This document shows, in pieces, positions 9,918 through 19,314 of a stretch of 64,000 bases of DNA. The position numbers were made by a program, and so were the translations under genes. How positions within the stretch are numbered: position 1 is the first letter of the stretch; the number at the start of each line of letters is the position of its first letter. This stretch comes from Gemmatimonadales bacterium (lineage in GTDB: Bacteria > Gemmatimonadota > Gemmatimonadetes > Gemmatimonadales > GWC2-71-9). The DNA lies in NCBI GenBank assembly GCA_052389555.1, contig JBQTHV010000015.1, positions 1,492 to 65,491 on the forward strand, given 5' to 3'. The notes under the pieces were generated by a model. It searched no databases and had not been told where the DNA came from. It worked only from the letters and a program-made list of their open reading frames with translations.

Positions 9918-10585
9918 CGGAGATCGCGGTGGTTCCCCTGCTCGTATGGGCGACCCTCGCCGGCCTTGATCTCGCCAGCGTGCTGCAGGGTCTGCTCAAC
10001 CGGCCGCTGGTAGCGGGCGGGATTGCCGGCGCGATCATCGGGGACCCGGCGACCGGGCTGGTGGTCGGCGGCGCGCTGGAGCTCTACGCGCTCGACGTGC
10101 TGCCGGTCGGCTCGGCGCGGTATCCCGACTACGGCGCGGCCTCGGTGGCCGCGGTGGTGTACGGGGCGGGCCAGCCGTGGGCCAGCGGGTTAGGCCCCGC
10201 CGTGCTGCTCGGCCTGGTGCTCGGGCAGATCGGCGGCTGGGGCGTAGTCCAGCATCGGCGCGCCAACGCCGCCTCCCTGGCGCGACGCCTGGCAGCGCTC
10301 GACCGAGGCGACCGCGGCGTCGCCCCGAGGCTGCACCGGCTCGGGCTGGTGCACGATCTGATCCGGAGTCTCGGGCTGGCCCTCCTCGGAATCGGGGCGG
10401 CGGCGTTCCTCGGCCGGGTGCCGCGGATCGATCCGGACACGGGATACCTTCTCACGCTGGTGGCGGTGGGGGGCGGGGTATTCGCCGCGATCGGCGGCGC
10501 GCTGCACCGGGCCGGCACCCCGAGGCGGATAGCCTGGCTGGGCGGCGGCTTGGCGCTTGGGGTGCTGCTGGTGGAGTTCCGATGA
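9914..10585 (+). CDS. PTS EIIC component, mannose family
   Basis: Polytopic hydrophobic protein starting MTEIAVVPLLVWATLAGLD. ATGA overlap with IIB. The track ORF 9551.. is 5'-extended. Confidence 0.7.
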   Translation: MTEIAVVPLLVWATLAGLDLASVLQGLLNRPLVAGGIAGAIIGDPATGLVVGGALELYALDVLPVGSARYPDYGAASVAAVVYGAGQPWASGLGPAVLLGLVLGQIGGWGVVQHRRANAASLARRLAALDRGDRGVAPRLHRLGLVHDLIRSLGLALLGIGAAAFLGRVPRIDPDTGYLLTLVAVGGGVFAAIGGALHRAGTPRRIAWLGGGLALGVLLVEFR

Positions 10586-11319
10586 AGGCCCGCCTCCGCG
10601 CCCTGATTCGACTGTTTACCCTGCAGGCCTCGTACACCTATGAGCGCTTGCAGGGAACCGGCATCGCCGTGGCGCAGGAGCCGCTGCTCGAACCCCTGGG
10701 CAAGGACTCGGAACGAGCCGCCGCGGCGCGGGCTCGCTCCGCGCAGTACTTCAACGCCCATCCCTTTCTCGCCGGGATTGCGGTCGGCGCGCTCTCCCGC
10801 GCCGAACTCGCCGGGGAGGAGGGCAACCGGATCCTGCGGCTCCGCACCGCGCTGTCCGGGCCGCTCGGCGCGTTGGGTGATCAGTTGTTCTGGGCCGGTA
10901 TCGTGCCGGCCATCATGGCGCTGGCGCTGCTGGCGGCGACCGTCGGATGGGGTACCGAGGCGCTGATCGGCGTGGTCATCGGATACAACGTGTGCCGGTT
11001 CCTCATCACGGATTGGGGACTGCGGTTGGGGCTGACCTATGGCAGCGCGGTGGCCGGTGAGCTGAGTCATTCCCGGCTCCGGGACGTCGCCAATGGGGCC
11101 GGTGCGGTGGCCGCCCTCGGGATCGGACTTGCGGTGCCGGGAGTGGCCCAGTGGCTGCTGACGGGCAGCCGGGGGGCCGGATCGCTGACGGGCCTGCTGC
11201 TCCTGCTTGCCGGGGCGGCCGGGTTCGGTGTCCTAACCCGCAAGCGCCACCTGCCGATCCCCCTGCTCGTGATGATCGTGAGCGTCGTGATCCTCCTGCT
11301 GAAGCGGAGCGTGGCATGA
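10582..11319 (+). CDS. PTS EIID component, mannose family
   Basis: N-terminus LIRLFTLQASYTYERLQGTG is typical of IID, followed by hydrophobic segments. ATGA overlap with IIC. Confidence 0.75.
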   Translation: MKARLRALIRLFTLQASYTYERLQGTGIAVAQEPLLEPLGKDSERAAAARARSAQYFNAHPFLAGIAVGALSRAELAGEEGNRILRLRTALSGPLGALGDQLFWAGIVPAIMALALLAATVGWGTEALIGVVIGYNVCRFLITDWGLRLGLTYGSAVAGELSHSRLRDVANGAGAVAALGIGLAVPGVAQWLLTGSRGAGSLTGLLLLLAGAAGFGVLTRKRHLPIPLLVMIVSVVILLLKRSVA

Positions 11320-11582
11320 CCGAAGTCACCGCCACGATCGTCAATCCGCTGGGGCTCCATGCCCGTCCGGCAGCGCAGTTTGTGAAACTGGCCAATACCT
11401 TCCAGAGTGACATCGAGATGCTCAAGGAAGGAGTCCCGGTCAACGGCAAGAGTATCATGGGGGTGATGGTCCTGGCCGCGGAGTGCGGGAGTACGATCAC
11501 CATTCGGGCGAACGGTGCCGACGAGGACGCCGCGGTGCAGGCGCTCGCCGGGCTGGTGCGCTCGGGATTCGGGGAAGCATGA
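11316..11582 (+). CDS. ptsH: phosphocarrier protein HPr
   Basis: His-15 region NPLGLHARPAA and Ser-46 region GKSIMGVM. Start derived from the ORF-track frame. Confidence 0.9.
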   Translation: MTEVTATIVNPLGLHARPAAQFVKLANTFQSDIEMLKEGVPVNGKSIMGVMVLAAECGSTITIRANGADEDAAVQALAGLVRSGFGEA

Positions 11583-13405
11583 GTGACGAGCGGGTGCTGC
11601 GCGGCGTGGGGGTGTCGCCCGGGCTGGCCTATGCGCCGGCGATCGTGCTGCACTGGCGGTTCCCCGACGTGCCGGACCGCGCGGTGGAGCCGGGCGAAGT
11701 GGAGGGGGAGGTCCGCCGCCTCCACGAGGCGGTCGCCGCCGTGGTCGCGAGCCTCAACCGGCTCCGGGAGCGGGTGCTCGAGCGCGCGGGTTATGAGGAA
11801 AGCCAGATCTTCGAAGCGCAGATCATGATGGCGCAGGACCCCGAATTCTTCGCCGGGGTCGAGCAGCTGATCCGCAAGAACAACCTGAGCGCCGAAACCG
11901 CCTACGAGTTCAAGGCGCTGGAGCTCCGCGCCGCGTGGGGCAGCGCGGGGACCCGGCTCCGGGAACGGCTCGCCGATCTCCTGGCGACCCAGATCCGGGT
12001 GCTGCGCCATCTCATGGGGGAGCGGGAGGACGAGGTCTTCGGCATCAAGGACCACCGCCACGTCATCATCGTGGCGCACGAGCTCTATCCCGGCCTGACC
12101 GTGCAGCTCGACCGGGAGCAGCTCCTCGGCCTGCTCGCCGAGGAAGGCACCCGGACCTCCCACGCCGCGATTCTGGCTCACTCCCTCGGCATTCCCTGCG
12201 TGATGGGTGCTCCCGGAGCGGCCTCCCGAATCAAGTCGGGCACTATGATCCTGCTCGATGGGACGACCGGCACCGTTCTCATCGAGCCCACCATTGCCGA
12301 GCTCGAGGCGGCCCAGGCCACCGCGGCCCGCCGCCACCGGATGGAGCTCGAGCTCGAGGCCCAGACCCGCGAGCCCGCGACCACACCCGATGGAGTCCGG
12401 ATGACGCTGATGGGGAACGTCGATCTCCCGGATGAGATCGAGGTGGCGGTACGTCATGGCGCCGAGGGGGTAGGCCTGTTGCGAACCGAGTTCCTGGTGG
12501 CCGGCCGCGCCCATCTCCCGAGCGAGGACGAGCAGTTCCAGTATTTCCGCCGGGTGGCGGCTTCCTTCGGGGATGCCCTGGTCGTTGTCCGCACCTACGA
12601 CCTCGGGGGGGACAAGTTTCCAGCGGCGTTCGCAGCGCCGCCGGAGACCAACCCGTTCCTCGGCTGGCGCTCGATTCGGGTTTGCCTCGATCAACCCGAG
12701 ATCTTCCGGCCCCAGCTGCGTGCGATTCTCCGGGCCGCGGCGGACCGCAAGCTCCAGGTGATGCTCCCGCTCGTCACCCGGGTCCATGAGGTGGTGGAGG
12801 CTCGCAAACTGCTCGCGGAGGAAGCCGAGAAGCTGCTCCAAGAAGGCGTGCGGGCCGCCCCCGGCGTACCGATGGGCGTGATGGTCGAGACGCCGGCCGC
12901 AGTGGCCATTGCCGACCGGCTCGCGGAGGTGAGCGCGTTCTTCAGCATCGGGACCAATGACCTGACCCAGTACGCGCTCGCGGTCGATCGCGGCAACGCG
13001 CATCTCGCTTCCCGCTTCACGCCGCATGATCCCGCGATCATTCGGATGCTGCGCGATGTCCTGGCCGCCGGAACCGCGAGAGGGATTCCGGTGAGCGTCT
13101 GTGGGGAGATGGCTTCTGAGCCGCTCTTCGCGCTGCTCCTCATGGGGCTCGGCTTTACCACGCTGTCGGTCGCTCCCCCGGTCCTGCCGCTCCTCAAGTG
13201 GTTGGTGCGTTCGGTGCCCGCTGAGGCGGCCCGGGAGGCCGCCGACGCCGCGATCGAGGCAGACAGTCCGGAGGAGATCAGCATGATTCTCCGTTCGACC
13301 CTGAGCCGGTACGTGGATCTGCGCCTCATGGCTCCCGAGAGCGCATTGCCGGGGCGGATCAGTGGTGCTAGGTTCACCCCAACCCGCGTGAACGGTGACC
13401 AGTGA
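11579..13405 (+). CDS. ptsI: phosphoenolpyruvate--protein phosphotransferase (Enzyme I)
   Basis: Active-site GTRTSHAAILA and PEP-utiliser C-terminal TIM-barrel motifs (FFSIGTNDLTQY). ATGA overlap with ptsH. Confidence 0.95.
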   Translation: MSDERVLRGVGVSPGLAYAPAIVLHWRFPDVPDRAVEPGEVEGEVRRLHEAVAAVVASLNRLRERVLERAGYEESQIFEAQIMMAQDPEFFAGVEQLIRKNNLSAETAYEFKALELRAAWGSAGTRLRERLADLLATQIRVLRHLMGEREDEVFGIKDHRHVIIVAHELYPGLTVQLDREQLLGLLAEEGTRTSHAAILAHSLGIPCVMGAPGAASRIKSGTMILLDGTTGTVLIEPTIAELEAAQATAARRHRMELELEAQTREPATTPDGVRMTLMGNVDLPDEIEVAVRHGAEGVGLLRTEFLVAGRAHLPSEDEQFQYFRRVAASFGDALVVVRTYDLGGDKFPAAFAAPPETNPFLGWRSIRVCLDQPEIFRPQLRAILRAAADRKLQVMLPLVTRVHEVVEARKLLAEEAEKLLQEGVRAAPGVPMGVMVETPAAVAIADRLAEVSAFFSIGTNDLTQYALAVDRGNAHLASRFTPHDPAIIRMLRDVLAAGTARGIPVSVCGEMASEPLFALLLMGLGFTTLSVAPPVLPLLKWLVRSVPAEAAREAADAAIEADSPEEISMILRSTLSRYVDLRLMAPESALPGRISGARFTPTRVNGDQ

Positions 13406-13529
13406 ACCGGGGTAAGCGGGCCGCCTCACGATAGCAGCGCACGCCGCCCAAGCTCCCTGGCTCGCCGTTTGCATTCACACTTCGCCGTTCGGCTTTCACC
13501 CTTCACTTTTCACTTTCCAATCCTTCACT
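13388..13529. repeat. heptad-periodic repeat pair (GTGAACN x3 ... TTCNNNN x7)
   Basis: gtgaacg gtgacca gtgaacc (13388-13408) overlaps the ptsI stop. ttcacac ttcgccg ttcggct ttcaccc ttcactt ttcactt tccaatc cttcact (13474-13529) ends just before metK. Confidence 0.6.
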
Positions 13530-13533
13530 GTTG

Positions 13534-14757
<1,224 letters not shown>

Positions 14758-14777
14758 CGCAACGGGAGAGGAGTGTC

Positions 14778-15269
14778 ATGGTTCGGATGCGGGTGGCCCA
14801 CCTGGGGCTGGATCGTGCGACCAACACCCCGGTCGTCGTGCTTCGCGAGGAAGACGGCGAGCGGACCCTCCCCATCTGGATCGGGGCTTCCGAGGCCAAC
14901 GCCATCGCGCTGGAACTCCAGGGTGTCAAGCCCGAGCGGCCGCTCACCCACGACTTGATGAAGCGACTCGTATCCGGGCTGGGTGGCGAGCTTCGCCGGG
15001 TGCTGATCGCCGGGCTGCGCGAGAATACCTACCTCGCGCAGCTGCTGATCTATCGGGGGACCGAGGTGTTCGAGGTTGATGCCCGGCCGTCGGATAGCAT
15101 TGCCCTCGCGCTCCGGATGAACGCGCCGATCTTTTCCGAAGAAGATTTGCTCGACCGCACCGCACGCAGCTCGGACGCCTCCCCTCAGCAGCCCGGCGGC
15201 GATCCCGAGGCGCTGAAGCGGTTCCTCGAAGGACTCGATCCCCAGGATCTCGGACGATTCCAACCCTAG
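14778..15269 (+). CDS. bifunctional nuclease family protein (DUF151/BFN)
   Basis: VVVLREEDGERTLPIWIGASEANAIA..RPLTHDL is the family signature. Confidence 0.8.
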   Translation: MVRMRVAHLGLDRATNTPVVVLREEDGERTLPIWIGASEANAIALELQGVKPERPLTHDLMKRLVSGLGGELRRVLIAGLRENTYLAQLLIYRGTEVFEVDARPSDSIALALRMNAPIFSEEDLLDRTARSSDASPQQPGGDPEALKRFLEGLDPQDLGRFQP

Positions 15270-15333
15270 CAAGACGGCAGGGCGGCAGGACGGCAGGACG
15301 GCTCGGCCGCTGGACGGTTGGACGGCTGGTTCT
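15270..15333. repeat. octamer tandem repeat (CAGGACGG-like, 8 units)
   Basis: caagacgg cagggcgg caggacgg caggacgg ctcggccg ctggacgg ttggacgg ctggttct. It starts directly after the stop at 15267-15269. Confidence 0.8.
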
Positions 15334-15349
15334 GCTCGTTACCGTCCTC

Positions 15350-16435
15350 ATGCCTAACCTGCTGCTTGCTCAAAGCCGCGCCGGTGGGCGGGTGGTCAGA
15401 CTCGCCGAGGGCGATACCCTGCCGGTGGGACGGGTGGCGGTCGTGCTTCACCGCGTGGGCGCTTCCGCGCAAGGTCCGATCGACACGGTCACCAGCGATG
15501 CCCGCGGCCGGTTTGCCGTCCGGTTCCGCGCCGACTCTGGCGCGATCTACCTCCTCAGTGTCCGGTATCGGGACATCGAGTACTTCTCGCAGCCGGTGAG
15601 CCCGGACCCCGGCCGACCCGACACGGGCCTGGTGCTGGTGGTCGCGGACACCTCGAGCGCGGCGCTCATCCGGGTTCCGGAACGCACTATCCTGGTCGCG
15701 AGGCCGGACCAGTCGGGTAGCCGTACCGTGATCGACTGGATCGTCCTCGCGAATCCGGGTGAGCGCACCCGGGTGCCCGCCGACAGCGTTCCCTCGTGGG
15801 GGATGCCGCTCCCACCGGAGGCGCAGAACGTGGAACTGGCCGAAGCCCATCTCAGCCAGTTCTCGCCCGACGCCCTGGAGTTCCGCCGGGACAGCGTGCT
15901 TGTCTTCGCGCCGCTCTCGCCGGGCCGGAAAGAGCTGGTCCTCCAGTATCGGGTCCCGGCCGGCGAGCGCGCGCTCACGATTCCTCTGCCGGCGAGCGAC
16001 TCGGTCTTCCTCCTGCTGGAGGAATCGGACGCCAGCGTGGTGGGACCCGGCCTAACCCGCGGCACCCCGCAGCGGGTGGAGGATCGGGTCTTCCAGCGTT
16101 GGGCCGGAGCCGGCGCCGGCGACCCCGCCGAACCGATCGAGGTCCGGTTTCCCTCCCCGGGGCTCGCCCGGGGGACCGTGCTGGCATTGGTGCTCGTCGC
16201 GGCCGGGTTGGGGTTCGCGGCACTCGCCATCGTGCAGCTCCGGGGTCGCGGCCCCGGCCTCGCGCCGGAACTCCATCCGGTTGCCCTGGCCGATGCGATC
16301 GCACGACTGGACACGCATTACCTCGCACCCGGCGCAAGCTTTCCCTCCGACGAGCTCGAGCGCTATCGCATGCAGCGCGCCGCGCTCAAGCAGCGGCTCG
16401 AGCGCGCTCTTGCCAGCGCCCGGCGGGGCTCCTAA
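15350..16435 (+). CDS. hypothetical exported/membrane-anchored protein
   Basis: 361-aa ORF with a C-terminal TM helix (VLALVLVAAGLGFAALAIV). The hydrophobic stretch encoded upstream of the ATG suggests the true N-terminus is uncertain. Confidence 0.55.
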   Translation: MPNLLLAQSRAGGRVVRLAEGDTLPVGRVAVVLHRVGASAQGPIDTVTSDARGRFAVRFRADSGAIYLLSVRYRDIEYFSQPVSPDPGRPDTGLVLVVADTSSAALIRVPERTILVARPDQSGSRTVIDWIVLANPGERTRVPADSVPSWGMPLPPEAQNVELAEAHLSQFSPDALEFRRDSVLVFAPLSPGRKELVLQYRVPAGERALTIPLPASDSVFLLLEESDASVVGPGLTRGTPQRVEDRVFQRWAGAGAGDPAEPIEVRFPSPGLARGTVLALVLVAAGLGFAALAIVQLRGRGPGLAPELHPVALADAIARLDTHYLAPGASFPSDELERYRMQRAALKQRLERALASARRGS

Positions 16436-16450
16436 GTTCGCCGATACCAT

Positions 16451-16622
16451 CACGACGCGGACGCTCGGAAGCCGGTGCGATGCCGGCGCGGCCCCGCCAC
16501 TGTGAGGGGCGCAGCAACCCCTGCTCACCCGCCACTGGGCAACTGGGAAGGCGAGCGGGAGCCCCAAGCCAGGAGACCTCCTGCGTCGTGTCACCCGCAG
16601 TTCCCTCGGGGGAGGGGTCAGG
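16451..16622 (+). promoter_or_regulatory. cobalamin (B12) riboswitch
   Basis: P1 helix cacgacgc (16451-58) pairs with gcgtcgtg (16583-90). Core ggaagccggtgcgatgccggcgcggccccgccactgt. B12 box aagccaggagacctcctgc. Downstream ccctc/gaggg helix can mask the SD before the GTG at 16623. Confidence 0.85.
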
Positions 16623-17495
16623 GTGCCTCGGCTCCACCGCAGTCTCACGCTCGTCCTGCTGATCGGCTGCCGCCAGCCGGTGTCTTCGGCCGGTACGGTC
16701 ACCGATGATGCCGGCGTTTCAGTCAGCGTCCCCGGCACGGTCGAGCGGATCGTCTCGCTGATTCCCGCCACCACCGAGCTCGTCTTTGCGCTGGGTGCCG
16801 GCGACCGGCTGGTCGGCCGCACTCGCTACTGCGACTTCCCGCCCGAGGCGGCCCGGGTCCCCGATCTGGGCAACGGCATCGATCCCAGTGTCGAGGCGGT
16901 CGTGGCGGCCCGGCCAGATCTGGTCCTGCTCTACCGCTCGAGCGCCAATACCCCGGCCGCGGAACGGCTGCGTGCGCTCCGGCTGCCGGTGCTCGAGCTC
17001 ATCACCGACCGCATTGCCGACCAGGCGCGCATCGCCCGGCTCCTGGGACCCGTATTAGGCGTCGCGGCCCGGGCGGAGTCGCTGGTCGCCGCGGTTGACC
17101 GCCAGATCGCCGATGCTACCCAGCCGCCTGGCCGTCTGGCCGTCCGGCCATCCGTCTTCCTGCTGGCCTGGAACCGCCCGCCCTTGACCCTCGGGCGGGG
17201 CAGTTTCCTCTCCGAGATTGTGGAGCGCGCCGGCGCGCGCAACATCTTTGACGATCTCGCCGCGCCCTCCGCGCCGGTGTCGATCGAGGCGGTAGCCGTC
17301 CGGGATCCCGATTTCATTCTGACCTCGGCGGTGGATCTCCCCGCGATCGCGGAGCTCCCGGAATGGCAGGTCGTCCGCGCGGTGCGGGAGCGCCGGTTCT
17401 TGCGGGTTAGGGGGAGCGAGTTCAACCGGCCCAGTCCCCGGATCGGCAGCGCGATCCGGACGCTGTCCGCCGCACTCGATTCGGCCCGGCGATGA
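16623..17495 (+). CDS. btuF: ABC-transporter periplasmic binding protein, cobalamin/siderophore (BtuF-like) type
   Basis: Helical-backbone metal receptor pattern (RIVSLIPATTELVFALGAGDRLVG). Sits directly after the B12 riboswitch. Confidence 0.8.
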   Translation: MPRLHRSLTLVLLIGCRQPVSSAGTVTDDAGVSVSVPGTVERIVSLIPATTELVFALGAGDRLVGRTRYCDFPPEAARVPDLGNGIDPSVEAVVAARPDLVLLYRSSANTPAAERLRALRLPVLELITDRIADQARIARLLGPVLGVAARAESLVAAVDRQIADATQPPGRLAVRPSVFLLAWNRPPLTLGRGSFLSEIVERAGARNIFDDLAAPSAPVSIEAVAVRDPDFILTSAVDLPAIAELPEWQVVRAVRERRFLRVRGSEFNRPSPRIGSAIRTLSAALDSARR

Positions 17496-18460
17496 AAGCC
17501 GTCCTCCGGCTCGCCGGGGTGGCCGTGGTGGTGCTCGCGGTGGGGCTGGTGGCTGGGGCGGTTCCGCTCGCTCCCGTCGAAGTGCTTCGAGGGCTGGTTT
17601 CCCCCGACGCGCCCAGTGCCCCGATCATTCGGGAGATCCGGCTCCCCCGGGTCCTGCTGGCGTTCCTCGTGGGTGGCGGGTTAGGTATCTCCGGCGCGGC
17701 CCTGCAGGCGCTGGTTCGGAATCCCCTCGCCGACCCGTTCCTGCTCGGCATTTCCGGCGGAGCCGGCCTGGCCGCGGTCCTGGCGATGGGCCTCGGCGTC
17801 ACGGGCCCCTGGGGGGTACCCCTGGCGGCATTCGGGGGCGGGTTAGGAGCGGTGGCCCTGGTCTATCGGCTGAGCACGGTGGCGGGCCGCCCGCTCGACC
17901 CGCGCGTGCTGGTGCTCGCCGGCGTGGTGACCAGCGCGTTTACCGGTTCCCTGATGACGGCCGTGCTCACCCTGTCCACCGCCGAGGCCCTGCGCAACGC
18001 GTTCCTGTGGCTGCTGGGGGGATTCTCCGCCGCCTCGTGGCACACTGCCGGTGTCTTTGCCGCCTACGCGGCGATTCCGGTGGTCGCCCTGCACGGGCTG
18101 GCCCGCGCGCTCGATCTCCTCTCGCTGGGGGAAGAGCCGGCCCAGGCCCTCGGTCTCGACGCGGCCCGCGCCCGGCGCACCGTCTACCTCGCGACGTCGT
18201 TCCTCACCGCGGCAAGCGTGGCCGTATGCGGGGTAGTGGGGTTCGTCGGGCTGGTCGCCCCGCACGCGCTGCGAGGGATCCTGGGGCCCGGCCATCGCCG
18301 GCTCCTTCCCGCGGTGTTCCTCGGCAGCGGCAGTTTCCTGGTGCTCGCCGACGCGGCGGCGCGAACCGTCGCCCGCCCGCTCGAGCTGCCGGTAGGCGTG
18401 GTCACGGCGCTGGTGGGTGTTCCGCTTTTCGCGATGCTGCTGCGTCGCTCGCTCCGATGA
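17492..18460 (+). CDS. btuC: FecCD/BtuC-family ABC permease
   Basis: Polytopic 322 aa with family motifs (LPRVLLAFLVGGGLGISGAALQ, VGVVTALVGVPLF). Confidence 0.9.
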   Translation: MKAVLRLAGVAVVVLAVGLVAGAVPLAPVEVLRGLVSPDAPSAPIIREIRLPRVLLAFLVGGGLGISGAALQALVRNPLADPFLLGISGGAGLAAVLAMGLGVTGPWGVPLAAFGGGLGAVALVYRLSTVAGRPLDPRVLVLAGVVTSAFTGSLMTAVLTLSTAEALRNAFLWLLGGFSAASWHTAGVFAAYAAIPVVALHGLARALDLLSLGEEPAQALGLDAARARRTVYLATSFLTAASVAVCGVVGFVGLVAPHALRGILGPGHRRLLPAVFLGSGSFLVLADAAARTVARPLELPVGVVTALVGVPLFAMLLRRSLR

Positions 18461-19311
18461 TTCGAGGTCCGAGGGGCGAGGGGCGAGGGGCGACGCCACC
18501 GGCCGAGCCGGAGACCGCCAGCGAGGTGGGTGTGCTCCAGGCTCGGGATCTCGTTGTTCGCTACCCGGGTGCCGCCCTCGCGGCGCTCACCCAAGTGGAT
18601 CTCCATCTCGACGCCGGCGAGCTCCTGGCGGTGGTCGGGCCGAATGGCTCGGGCAAGACGACGCTGCTCCGGGCGTTGCTTGGCCTTGTCTCGCTTCAAG
18701 CCGGCGAGGTCCGCATTGCCGGCACACCCCTCCCATCCTGGCGCCGCGCCGCCCTCGCCCGGTTTGTCGCGCTGGTGCCGCAGCGAGAAGAGACGCCGTT
18801 CTCCTGGCGAGTAGACGAGATGGTAGGCTTCGGCCGGTACGCTCGCCTGGGACCGCTGAGCCCCATGGGCCCCGAAGACCAGGCCGCCGTGGACCGCGCG
18901 CTTTTGCGTGCCGACCTCGCCGAGTTTCGCCACCGGCGAGTCGAGACGCTCTCCGGTGGGGAATGGCAGCGGGTGCGGATTGCGCGGGCGCTCGCGCAGG
19001 AGCCGCAGCTCCTGTGTCTCGATGAGCCAACGGTCTCCCTCGATCTCGGTCACGAGATGGCGTTGTTCGAGCTGGTGCGTCGCCTGGTCGCGGACGGTCT
19101 TGCGGCGCTCGTGGTGACCCATCACTTGAACCTCGCCGCGCGGTTTGCGGATCGGATGCTTCTGCTCGACGCGGGACGCACCGCGGCCGTCGGCACTCCG
19201 TCCGAGGTGATGGAAGCGGAGCGACTTTCCCGGATCTTCCGGTGGCCGGTCACGATCATTCCCCTGGAGGACGGAACCCCGCAGTTTGTGCCGCGTCGCG
19301 ATTATTCTTGA
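18457..19311 (+). CDS. btuD: ABC-transporter ATP-binding protein (BtuD/FepC-like)
   Basis: Walker A GPNGSGKTT, signature LSGGEWQR and Walker B LLCLDEP. The N-terminal about 25 aa are encoded by a GAGGGGC repeat, so the true start may be further downstream. Confidence 0.9.
   Translation: MIRGPRGEGRGATPPAEPETASEVGVLQARDLVVRYPGAALAALTQVDLHLDAGELLAVVGPNGSGKTTLLRALLGLVSLQAGEVRIAGTPLPSWRRAALARFVALVPQREETPFSWRVDEMVGFGRYARLGPLSPMGPEDQAAVDRALLRADLAEFRHRRVETLSGGEWQRVRIARALAQEPQLLCLDEPTVSLDLGHEMALFELVRRLVADGLAALVVTHHLNLAARFADRMLLLDAGRTAAVGTPSEVMEAERLSRIFRWPVTIIPLEDGTPQFVPRRDYS
18464..18491. repeat. heptamer tandem repeat GAGGNNC (4 units)
   Basis: gaggtcc gaggggc gaggggc gaggggc at the btuC/btuD junction. 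Same unit family as 40724-40758. Confidence 0.65.
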
Positions 19312-19314
19312 AGG

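Noticed and set aside
13406-13533. SAM riboswitch upstream of metK.
   Set aside because: I could not find SAM-I, SAM-II or SAM-V core sequences by eye. The spacer is filled by the TTC-heptad tract. This needs a covariance-model scan to exclude formally.
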